A stretch of 64,000 bases of DNA, taken from Chlamydiota bacterium. GTDB lineage: Bacteria > Chlamydiota > Chlamydiia > Chlamydiales > RGXB01. Shown here one piece after another: positions 1 through 7,823 of this stretch (the stretch's first letter is position 1; every line of letters starts with the position of its first letter). Where the stretch lies: the NCBI GenBank assembly GCA_016866495.1, contig VGMG01000001.1, positions 2,550 to 66,549 of the forward strand, in the 5' to 3' direction. The notes beneath the pieces are model-generated. The model did no database searches. It saw nothing but the letters and a program-made list of their open reading frames with translations, and was not told where the DNA came from. Position numbers and translations under genes: made by a program.

Positions 1-304
1 AGGCGTCAACCGCATTGTGTTCAATTTTTGTCGACAAAATCCTTTTTACATTTTTAGCCCGTACATGACCTAGAATTATTGTAGACAAAGATTCTGTGCT
101 AGAAGAGGTGAAATAGAGCTCGTTTGGATGCACTTGGAAAATATCGGCAATTTTATCCCTTGAGCTTAAAAGAATCTCCTTACCCTTCTTCCCTTGTCTG
201 TGAATAGAGGAGGGGTTTAAAGGGCCTAAAGCATAAATCTGGTGCATTGCCTCTTCGACCACAAAGTCGATAGGGGTAGTGGCATTATTATCCAAGTAGA
301 TCAT
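1..304 (-). CDS. Cysteine desulfurase (class V aminotransferase, NifS/IscS/SufS-like), N-terminal part only; gene runs off the left edge
   Basis: My own reverse-strand translation from ATG 304..302 gives MIYLDNNATTPIDFVVEEAMHQIYALGPLNPSSIHRQGKKGKEILLSSRDKIADIF... The MxYLDNNATTP and NPSSxHxxG motifs are typical desulfurase N-termini. The ORF is absent from the track because the window edge truncates it. Confidence 0.6.
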   Translation of the reverse strand, partial: MIYLDNNATTPIDFVVEEAMHQIYALGPLNPSSIHRQGKKGKEILLSSRDKIADIFQVHPNELYFTSSSTESLSTIILGHVRAKNVKRILSTKIEHNAVDA

Positions 305-467
305 AGTGTGGCTATTTTAAACTTTGCAGTACTTTAAAACAAAAAAAATATGAGAGTCTCATAGGGTATTAAAAATCAGTATTTAAGACGAAAGTAGCGA
401 TTAAAAATTTTAAAAAATGAATGCCCCTGCTATTTTCGGTGGTATTTAAAGAAAGAGGTTTTTACAT

Positions 468-929
468 ATGAAAAGGCTTTTATGTTTATTATTATCTGCG
501 ACCATTTTTGGGGAAATATCTGTCGCAAACACGACATTTAGCCTGCCCGCCTGGGAAACGGTCCTTTTAGAAATGAACTACCCGAATCTTTTTGATAAGA
601 GTGTAAGCGTAAAAGTATTTAGAGATCCCCAAAGCCTTACCCTGGTCTATCTGGCTTCAGCAGGTCTACATCTAACACCTAAAGAGATTGCAAATTACCC
701 TTTATTTGGAAAAAAACATTATTTAGCAGAGGAAATTTCTACAGCAAATGGTTACTATTTAATTTTTGAAAAAGATAGTCACAAATGCAAATGTAAATCT
801 TGCAACCTCAATCCGATCACGTTAAAAGTGGACTATTTTGAGGGGAGAACCACTCTTGTGGCTGTCATTCATCAACCCCAGCAAAAAGAGGATGTGAGAA
901 ACGTTTTGGAACTTTTAGAAATCCGATAG
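468..929 (+). CDS. Hypothetical secreted protein (signal peptide), no recognisable family
   Basis: 153-aa ORF. MKRLLCLLLSATIFGEISVA is a signal-peptide-like N-terminus. There is a purine-rich SD-like stretch (aaagaaagagg) upstream of the ATG, and the region is A+T-rich. Confidence 0.5.
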   Translation: MKRLLCLLLSATIFGEISVANTTFSLPAWETVLLEMNYPNLFDKSVSVKVFRDPQSLTLVYLASAGLHLTPKEIANYPLFGKKHYLAEEISTANGYYLIFEKDSHKCKCKSCNLNPITLKVDYFEGRTTLVAVIHQPQQKEDVRNVLELLEIR

Positions 930-987
930 ATGAAGAGTAAAATAAAATTATATTTTGCTTAAAACAAGATTTGATTAATATTCATCT

Positions 988-1419
988 GTGAAATTTTGGT
1001 TTTTTTTGTTTTTTTGGGTTTCCCTTTTTGGAAAAATGGAGGTTGGCGGCATATGCCTTGAAACATGCTTTCAGCCGACTTTACTAAAAAAAAATGAAAG
1101 GGGAGCAGCCTATGTATTTGAGAAAAAATGGTCTTTACTTGTGATGCGTAAGCTCGAAGATCTTGAGGAAGCAGAGAAGATCTTAGAAAAACTTGAAAAT
1201 GCTTTGGCCCCTTTAAAGTTTGCAAAAGTAAAAATGGCTACTGGAAGACTTTTGAAAGTTGGGACCTATACGGATCCTTTTTTATTTCCTTGGATTTTTG
1301 TTGCAAGGGTAATCCAATCAAAAAAAAAGCAAGTTTTAGCATTAGCTCTATTTCATGAGGAGAAAAGCGAATTAGATTTTTTTAGTCTTATAGATCACTT
1401 GCAGATTTTGTCGGTATAG
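988..1419 (+). CDS. Hypothetical protein, possible tandem paralogue of 468..929 (start uncertain)
   Basis: 143-aa ORF with a hydrophobic N-terminus (FWFFLFFWVSLFG). Its C-terminal segment LALALFHEEKSELDFFSLIDHLQI aligns by eye, without gaps, to LVAVIHQPQQKEDVRNVLELLEI of the upstream ORF. The 3' end overlaps the PP2C gene by 32 nt. A competing antisense ORF at 959..1225 looks low-complexity. Confidence 0.3.
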   Translation: MKFWFFLFFWVSLFGKMEVGGICLETCFQPTLLKKNERGAAYVFEKKWSLLVMRKLEDLEEAEKILEKLENALAPLKFAKVKMATGRLLKVGTYTDPFLFPWIFVARVIQSKKKQVLALALFHEEKSELDFFSLIDHLQILSV

Positions 1420-2155
1420 AGATGTTCAGTACTATAGCTGTAATGTTATCGCGACCCCCACGACTTAAAGCAGCATTGATAAGAGCGTGTGTTGCCTCTT
1501 TTGCATCGTTATTCTTAAGCAATAAGAGCTCCATCTCTTTTGTTGTGACATAGTCGGTCAAACCATCTGAACAAACGATAAATCGATCCATCGGCTCTAA
1601 ATCTTCAGAAATTACCCGTGCCTCGCACTCAATAGAAGTACCAATCGCTTGAGTCAGATATCTTCGTCGGATTCTTCCAAGTTGATCCTCATCGACACTC
1701 ACCTCATTTGCATGATCATTTGTCATGAGTGTAAGCATCCCGTTGCGGTAACGATAGATGCGGCTGTCTCCTACGTGAAAAGCAGTGAACTGGTTATTTC
1801 GAATCCAAAGCGAGGCAATAGTCGTTCCCATGCCTTTCTGCTGAGGGCTTTTAAGAGAAGTTTCGTAAATATGTTGAGAGGTCTCTTTTATAATCGATTG
1901 GATGTTATCTTTAAGCTCTTCTTGCCCTTCAGTAATTTTCAGCCGCATGCTCTCTATTTTGTGAGCTATTGTTTCGACGGCCAATTTTGAAGCGACTTCA
2001 CCTGCGTTATGCCCTCCAAGCCCATCTGCGACAATGAATAAATCATGAAAGATTGCAAAATAATCTTCGTTATTTTGTCTAAACAATCCTTTATCCGTAT
2101 GACCAAAAGCGCTGAGCCCAAAGCCTGCATCCATCATAAAGCCCAGATTAGACAC
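1388..2155 (-). CDS. PP2C-family Ser/Thr protein phosphatase
   Basis: PP2C/PPM motifs are present: VADGLGGHNAGEVAS, GMGTTIASLW, VGDSRIYRY, CSDGLTD and GGRDNITAIVL. At 255 aa it matches the length of bacterial Stp/PrpC-type enzymes. Confidence 0.9.
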   Translation of the reverse strand: MSNLGFMMDAGFGLSAFGHTDKGLFRQNNEDYFAIFHDLFIVADGLGGHNAGEVASKLAVETIAHKIESMRLKITEGQEELKDNIQSIIKETSQHIYETSLKSPQQKGMGTTIASLWIRNNQFTAFHVGDSRIYRYRNGMLTLMTNDHANEVSVDEDQLGRIRRRYLTQAIGTSIECEARVISEDLEPMDRFIVCSDGLTDYVTTKEMELLLLKNNDAKEATHALINAALSRGGRDNITAIVLNISIPTKSASDL

Positions 2156-2267
2156 GAGGATTTTATTTTGTAAAGATCTTTTTTTAACAATCTTTTGTTA
2201 AGACAGAACTTTTTAGAGGTTTAAAAATTTTTCAGAAAGAATTTTCAATAACCGATAATTTTTTAGC

Positions 2268-3050
2268 TTAACTCCCCAAAAGCACTTGAACAAAAGTCAA
2301 AGTGTTGATCATCGAGTGATAGGTTATAGAGGTTATCAAGGAGCGCTGCCTCTCATAGGAAAAACCCAGGTACATTGAGGCGGCAAAGGTGGTAATTATG
2401 ACAATTATTTTTCCTGGAACAGTATCAATGGTAAAAAAATGGGATACAGCAAAAAAAAGGGAAGTAACAAAAATTGCCCAAAAAGGGGAGAGATAATTTT
2501 TTAGCCAGGTTTGGATATTAGCGCGGTAAAGGAACTCCTCGTAAGCGGGAACTAAAATACATACCAGCACGAAAAAAAATGTGAGCAAGGGCTTATTTTC
2601 TTTGATTTGACGGATAAAATCGATAAAGAACTGTCTAGGCACCTCCATTTGAAAAAAATAGGTCAAAATCCATTCCAGAGAATTCTGTAAAAAAGAGAGG
2701 AAGGGGAGAGAAACGATAAAAATTGTCAAACCGATTGTCACATCCCATAGCAAGGAGGTTTTCGGTAGCATCATTTTATCTTTTAAAATAGAAATGAACT
2801 GCTCCTTACTTTTAAGGGCAAAGTAAAATAGCAAAAGAATTAAAGGGGCATACCAGGCTATGTAGGGGAAAGGAAAAAGATAAAAAAATATGGATAATAG
2901 GCTAAGAATTCCGGCTAAAACAGGGTAGGGTTTGGTTTGGTAGCTTATTTTCAAAATGCTAAATAGATCTTTTTTGTAGCCTACCCAGTGGGTAAAAACC
3001 GACAAAACAATCAAAAAGAGCCCTTGAGTTATAAAGCTCAGCTCATCCAT
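2268..3050 (-). CDS. CPBP-family intramembrane glutamic endopeptidase (CAAX protease-like)
   Basis: Polytopic hydrophobic protein carrying the three CPBP motifs: EEFLYR (EExxxR), FAVSHF (FxxxH) and YHSMIN (HxxxN). Confidence 0.8.
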   Translation of the reverse strand: MDELSFITQGLFLIVLSVFTHWVGYKKDLFSILKISYQTKPYPVLAGILSLLSIFFYLFPFPYIAWYAPLILLLFYFALKSKEQFISILKDKMMLPKTSLLWDVTIGLTIFIVSLPFLSFLQNSLEWILTYFFQMEVPRQFFIDFIRQIKENKPLLTFFFVLVCILVPAYEEFLYRANIQTWLKNYLSPFWAIFVTSLFFAVSHFFTIDTVPGKIIVIITTFAASMYLGFSYERQRSLITSITYHSMINTLTFVQVLLGS

Positions 3051-3059
3051 AAAAAGCTC

Positions 3060-3722
3060 CTATTTATACTTAGCTACAAGAATATATTCTTCAATTCTCT
3101 CGGCAAGAGTATTGCAAAAGTCATTATGGGCAATTCCCAAAGGGAGTACAGAGAAAGAGGCTGATCCCCAGGTGTTGCTTCTGTAATCTATAAGAGACAA
3201 TGATCCTAAAATATCGGTTTTTTTCTCAAAAAGTTCCTGAAGAATGATCCTGGGGGATTTTCCCCTTAAATCTATGATTCGAACGCGGATTGCCATATCG
3301 AGCTTTTCGGTTAAAGAGACCGACTCTGTCGATTTTTTCAGGTCATGTCTTATGAGCTCCATGAATACGACATATTCCGACTGCAAGGGGAGGTTGTGTA
3401 GCACATTTAGGTCTTGTAAAAAAGGTTTATAATTTCTGTCTTGAGATAGCAGATAATTGACTAAAGGATAATCCTGAACAAGAAAGAGCTGTCTAGATTG
3501 CATGATTTTTTGTTGAATCTGGGTGGTAAATTCCTCTGATAGACTCCAGGGGAGCTCCGACATTGAGGAGTCAAATACCCCAAGTAAGCAGACGATCGGT
3601 TTTTTTCTCCCATCATCATGATATGCGGTCTGGTCTTGAAAGTGCATTTGTGAGCAGCTTATAAAAAAAAGAGAGAAAAATAGGCACCTAAAAATTGTGA
3701 AAATACGCTGGGACAAAAACAT
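3060..3722 (-). CDS. Hypothetical lipoprotein
   Basis: The N-terminus FFSLFFISCSQ looks like a signal peptide plus lipobox (L/F-I-S-C). I recognise no family. It lies 9 nt upstream of the CPBP gene on the same strand. Confidence 0.55.
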   Translation of the reverse strand: MFLSQRIFTIFRCLFFSLFFISCSQMHFQDQTAYHDDGRKKPIVCLLGVFDSSMSELPWSLSEEFTTQIQQKIMQSRQLFLVQDYPLVNYLLSQDRNYKPFLQDLNVLHNLPLQSEYVVFMELIRHDLKKSTESVSLTEKLDMAIRVRIIDLRGKSPRIILQELFEKKTDILGSLSLIDYRSNTWGSASFSVLPLGIAHNDFCNTLAERIEEYILVAKYK

Positions 3723-3808
3723 ATTTTTTACAATAACCTCTTGATAAAAATGTTTCCAACAAATTCCTCAAAGAGATGCATTTTAAAAAAAAAGAGAACA
3801 TTTTAGGA

Positions 3809-5569
3809 TCAAAAAACGGTTTTTGCGATCAACACCGTATTATGTTCCAGGATAAGTGGGTTTTTAGCTGTTGAAACTAGGATATCCCATTTGCCGAATT
3901 CCAAAGCTGGTAGAGAGATCTCGACGGGGTCTTTCCAGCTATTTGCGGCGATAAAAATAGAACATTTCTCGTCTGTTTTTGTAATAACGAAAAGATGGTC
4001 GCTGTGTTGGAGCCTTAATTGGTAAGGGTTTTGACCATGAAATTGCACCAAAGCATGCGGATTGGATAGCGGGCTATTTTTATAGATATCGATGAGTTTT
4101 TTTGTAAAATCTTTGAAACTCGGATAGATCTGTCGATTCCACTCGATATAACTGATACGGTTATCTTGATTGAATGGATTGTTGTTCCCGTAGTGGGTAC
4201 TTAAGAATTCATCCCCAGCATTGATCAAAATGGGACCACTAAAACAAAAAAGCATCGTAAAAATCGTCTCTGCTCGTCGTATTCTTTTTGTGAGGATTCC
4301 TTCATCGGTTGTTTCCCCCTCAAAACCACAGTTGGAGCTAAAATTACCGGTATGACCGTCCCGGTTTTTATAGCCGTTGAAGAGATTATGTTTTTGCTCG
4401 TAACTCACTAGATCAAAGAGTGTAAACCCGTCGTGGCAGCTCACCATTTTTACCGCATTTGGGCTATGAAATCTCTCAAAAATTAGGGGGAGTTGCCCGT
4501 CATCCATCCTTGCAAATCTACGGATCGTATCTCGAATAAGATCATCCCAAACAAACCCGTTTTTTGACGGGAAATTATCGAGCCTGTAGCCGGCTGTATC
4601 CCAAGGTTCATAGAAAATTTTGATCTTTTTTTTGTAGAGATTTTCAAACTGATGAATAAACGGGGGGTTGGAGTAAATTTCGCCGTTTTCATCGCGGCAA
4701 AGGGCTAATCCCAGATCGAAACGGATCCCATCTATATTGTAGACCTCTACAAACCTTTTTACCGCTTGAAGTAAAAGGGTTGTTACAATGGGGTGATTTG
4801 CGTTTAACGTATTGCCACAACCGGTAGCATCGTAGTTTTTGAGATAAAAATTCTCACAGAATGGGAAAAGGACAGACTCCATACTATCAGTATGGTTGAA
4901 TACAAGATCAAGATATATCTCGATCCCTTTTTTGTGTGCAGCATCGACAAGTTTTTTTAAGCTGATGTCAGGTTTTTTGTCATAGGAAAGATGGGGGGCT
5001 AAAGCCATAAAATGGCGTGGCATATACCCCCAAAGCTGTGGGGGATGAAATAAAGTCACAGGCAGAAGTTCAATAGCATTCACACCCAACCATTCCAGGT
5101 AGTCAAGTTTTTCGATGAGCCCTTCCAGTGTCCCCGGATGTTTTACTTTTGACGAGGGATCGTTTGTGAACGAACGAACACACAATTCATAAATCACAAG
5201 TTTATCGGGACAATGGTGGGGATGAGAGGAATCAAATGAATAAGGTTCCTCTAACTTATAAACGCTTTTTGTTCCTGTTGGGTCTGTAAACGGACAGAAC
5301 GGATCTAAAAGATCACAAAAAAAATCTTTCCCTTTAAAAATGTTATAGACGTAATGAAATGGGGGGGTCAATTTTTCAAAAAAGAGGGTATAGGTATGGA
5401 GACGAACGGGCGCCTTTTCCATTGGATACTCGATATCATTGAGGGTGAGGGTGATTGTATCTATATTTTCTGCATAAACCAGAAAACGAAAGCCCCCCGC
5501 CTCGGCGATCACCCCAAACCCACAATGCTCAGTAGAATCTTGTTTCATCCTTAAATCTCTATTAATCAA
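3809..5569 (-). CDS. glgX: Glycogen debranching enzyme GlgX / isoamylase (GH13)
   Basis: GH13 conserved regions are present: DLVFNHT, GIRFDLG, YEPWD and SCHDGFTLFDLVSYEQKHN. The N-terminal GFGVIAEAGGFRFLVYA resembles a CBM48 domain. The start may instead be the internal Met at residue 8. Confidence 0.9.
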   Translation of the reverse strand: MINRDLRMKQDSTEHCGFGVIAEAGGFRFLVYAENIDTITLTLNDIEYPMEKAPVRLHTYTLFFEKLTPPFHYVYNIFKGKDFFCDLLDPFCPFTDPTGTKSVYKLEEPYSFDSSHPHHCPDKLVIYELCVRSFTNDPSSKVKHPGTLEGLIEKLDYLEWLGVNAIELLPVTLFHPPQLWGYMPRHFMALAPHLSYDKKPDISLKKLVDAAHKKGIEIYLDLVFNHTDSMESVLFPFCENFYLKNYDATGCGNTLNANHPIVTTLLLQAVKRFVEVYNIDGIRFDLGLALCRDENGEIYSNPPFIHQFENLYKKKIKIFYEPWDTAGYRLDNFPSKNGFVWDDLIRDTIRRFARMDDGQLPLIFERFHSPNAVKMVSCHDGFTLFDLVSYEQKHNLFNGYKNRDGHTGNFSSNCGFEGETTDEGILTKRIRRAETIFTMLFCFSGPILINAGDEFLSTHYGNNNPFNQDNRISYIEWNRQIYPSFKDFTKKLIDIYKNSPLSNPHALVQFHGQNPYQLRLQHSDHLFVITKTDEKCSIFIAANSWKDPVEISLPALEFGKWDILVSTAKNPLILEHNTVLIAKTVF

Positions 5570-5779
5570 AAATATTAGATTTTGACTAGGATAAAAAAAG
5601 ATTTTTTGTTAATAAAAAATTAGGTTTTAAGATTCTTTATTAAATTCTCCTTGTGAAAAAAAAGGACTTCAATAAAAGAATTCGTAAACAATTTATTTTA
5701 AGTGAATTAAGTATAGAAAACAAAAAGCTAGGTTTACAGTCGCTCAAATCAAGAATTCGTTAAAACAAGCAACAATTGT

Positions 5780-5809
5780 TTGATTTTCATAAATGGTTTG
5801 AGCTATAAT
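5780..5809 (+). promoter_or_regulatory. Putative sigma-70-type promoter for the chaperone gene (TTGATT-18 nt-TATAAT)
   Basis: TTGATT at 5780..5785 and TATAAT at 5804..5809, followed by a strong SD (TAAGGAGGA, 5828..5836) and the ATG at 5845. The -35 element abuts the palindrome AACAATTGTT (5771..5780). Confidence 0.35.
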
Positions 5810-5844
5810 CTCTGTATCCCAATCTCTTAAGGAGGACGACAGAC

Positions 5845-6387
5845 ATGTCTTTGGAAAACGCTACTGCAAATCTTAAGGAGTTCGGAAAAGAACTGAACCT
5901 CGAAGGGCTCGCTTTTGATGAAAACCATACCTGCATTCTTGGCATAGACAATGTTTTTTCATTACACTTAACCTATGAACCAAATTCTCAACGCCTTTAT
6001 CTCTATGCCCCTATTTTAGATGGGCTTCCCAAAGATAAAGAGACACTTTGTTTGCTTTACGAAGTGCTTTTAGAGGGCTCGATGCTAGGTGGCCAAATGG
6101 CGGGTGGCGGCGTTGGTGTTGCCGTCAAAGAGGAACTTATTTTGATGCATGCCGTGATTGAAATGGTAGCAGCCGATACTTCAAGCTTGAGAAGATTTGC
6201 TCCCGTATTTGTAGAAGCCGTTGAAAAATGGCGTGATATTGCAAAAAGAATCTGCGAAAGTCGCTACGATGAGAAAAAAGAGCGCGAAGCTCTTAGACCT
6301 TATCACCAAGGACCTGGTGGATCCCAACAACCCACTCAGGGTCAAAGTCACCAAGGCAAGCCTGGAGATCTCTTCAAAAGAGTCTAA
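5845..6387 (+). CDS. Type III secretion chaperone, CesT/SycE class I family (resembles chlamydial Slc1/CT043-type) with a Q/G/P-rich C-terminal tail
   Basis: NLKEFGKELNLEGLAFDENHTCILGIDNVFSLHLTYEPNSQRLYLYAPILDGLP...LLEGSMLGGQMAGGGVGV...LILMHAV matches the CesT-fold chaperone pattern as I remember it. The size and acidic character fit. It sits divergent to glgX, as I recall for Chlamydia. Confidence 0.6.
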   Translation: MSLENATANLKEFGKELNLEGLAFDENHTCILGIDNVFSLHLTYEPNSQRLYLYAPILDGLPKDKETLCLLYEVLLEGSMLGGQMAGGGVGVAVKEELILMHAVIEMVAADTSSLRRFAPVFVEAVEKWRDIAKRICESRYDEKKEREALRPYHQGPGGSQQPTQGQSHQGKPGDLFKRV

Positions 6388-6494
6388 TTATACCCCACTC
6401 ATTTACAAACACAAAAATGGTTCAGTTTATAAATAAAATTTATAAAATGAGCCTTTTTTGTTTTATTAGACTAGCCAATTTTTTTTGCCTCTTT

Positions 6495-7823
6495 TTAGCC
6501 TAGAGAGACAATTTTTCGTTGAATTTGCCCCATGTGGAACATAAGATCTTGGCTCTGTTTTTCTAACCCTTTAGTTACTTGGCGTATACTGGACATTACC
6601 GTAGAGTGGTCTTTATCAAAATATTTTCCAATTTTCAAATAGGGCATTTTTAATAAAGATCTCAAAAGATACATAGAGATCTGCCTAGGAAGTACCGACT
6701 CTCGTGTTTGGGATTTATTGAGCAAATCGTCCGGCTGTATACCAAATGACTGTGATACGATATCGAGAATTTTTTCTGCATTAAGAACCTCTTTGGTCTC
6801 TTGGACAATCAGCTGGTCGATCATTTTCTTGATCTCTTGGTTCGATTTCATCTGATTATGAGCTAAAGAGAGGGACTGCACCACCTTTTCTATAGATTTA
6901 GGTGTTTTCATCTCAACAATTACTTTATCCACAAGCTCTTCATCGAGGTGTAGCTTAAAGCGTTGCATTTTGAGTTTCAGAACTTGAAGAAGCTCGTCTT
7001 GGGTTTGGAGTCGTTCTACTGAGAGGACAATTCCCCATTCGAATCGGCTGATCAAACGCTCTTCAATCTCCTCTAAGAGTGCAGGGGGGGAGCTTGAGGC
7101 GAGTATAATTTGTTTCTCATGGATGTGTAAATGATTGAAGGTATGAAAGAGCTCTTCTTGCGTCGCAAATCTTTTGGAGAAAAGATGCACATCATCAATT
7201 ATTAGAGTATCTATTTTTCTGTAACAGTTACGAAAATCCTCCATGCGGGAGGAGCGGATAGCGCCCACAACATGCTGAGTGAATGTCTCAGCAGAGATAT
7301 AAAGAACATTTTGTCCTAGCCCCTCTAAAAGCTTTTTTGCCCCCTGTAAAAGGTGTGTTTTTCCCGATCCGCTGGGCCCATACAAATAGATGGGATTCAA
7401 AAATTCAAATGTTTGTAAAAGGGCACTTTTGAGAAGCTTAACCGTCATATCGGTTGTACTGTTTGCGGCAAAAGTTTCAAATGTCTGATCTGGATCTACC
7501 GGATCTGAGACAAATGAAAGAATTTTCTGGCCTGTTTCATGAGTTGTTTTTTGTAGATCCTCTTTTTTTAAAGAACCCTCGGATTGGCTTATTTTGATAT
7601 GGACTTGGATTTTTCGGCCGTTATTGTTCAACAGACTTTTGTCTATTCGAGACTCAATATGCTCTTTATACCAGTTGATCTGGAGAGCATCGTCAGCTTC
7701 TAAATAGAGATTGCAAGAATTAAAGTTTACAATCTTTAGAGGACGCAACCACCTATCAACCACCTCTTTAGAGAGGTGGCTTTCTTGTTCCAAGAGGAAT
7801 TCTTCCCAAATACGCGGTATCAT
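6495..7823 (-). CDS. dnaA: Chromosomal replication initiator protein DnaA
   Basis: Walker A (GPSGSGKTHLL), Walker B (IIDDVHLF), and a C-terminal DNA-binding helix (DHSTVMSSIRQV). Length is 442 aa. The ATG overlaps the yidC stop codon by 4 nt. Confidence 0.95.
   Translation of the reverse strand: MIPRIWEEFLLEQESHLSKEVVDRWLRPLKIVNFNSCNLYLEADDALQINWYKEHIESRIDKSLLNNNGRKIQVHIKISQSEGSLKKEDLQKTTHETGQKILSFVSDPVDPDQTFETFAANSTTDMTVKLLKSALLQTFEFLNPIYLYGPSGSGKTHLLQGAKKLLEGLGQNVLYISAETFTQHVVGAIRSSRMEDFRNCYRKIDTLIIDDVHLFSKRFATQEELFHTFNHLHIHEKQIILASSSPPALLEEIEERLISRFEWGIVLSVERLQTQDELLQVLKLKMQRFKLHLDEELVDKVIVEMKTPKSIEKVVQSLSLAHNQMKSNQEIKKMIDQLIVQETKEVLNAEKILDIVSQSFGIQPDDLLNKSQTRESVLPRQISMYLLRSLLKMPYLKIGKYFDKDHSTVMSSIRQVTKGLEKQSQDLMFHMGQIQRKIVSLG

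Noticed and set aside
5570-5844. A+T-rich gap near dnaA considered as a candidate oriC (also 6388..6494 and 9647..9844)
   Set aside because: I found only isolated 6/9 matches to the DnaA box TTATCCACA by eye, with no cluster. dnaA itself is coupled to yidC. This needs a computed whole-genome skew and box analysis, so I make no origin claim.
6221-6436. 71-aa ORF overlapping the 3' end of the T3SS chaperone gene in another frame
   Set aside because: It is largely contained in the chaperone gene, has no SD, and appears to be a frame artefact.
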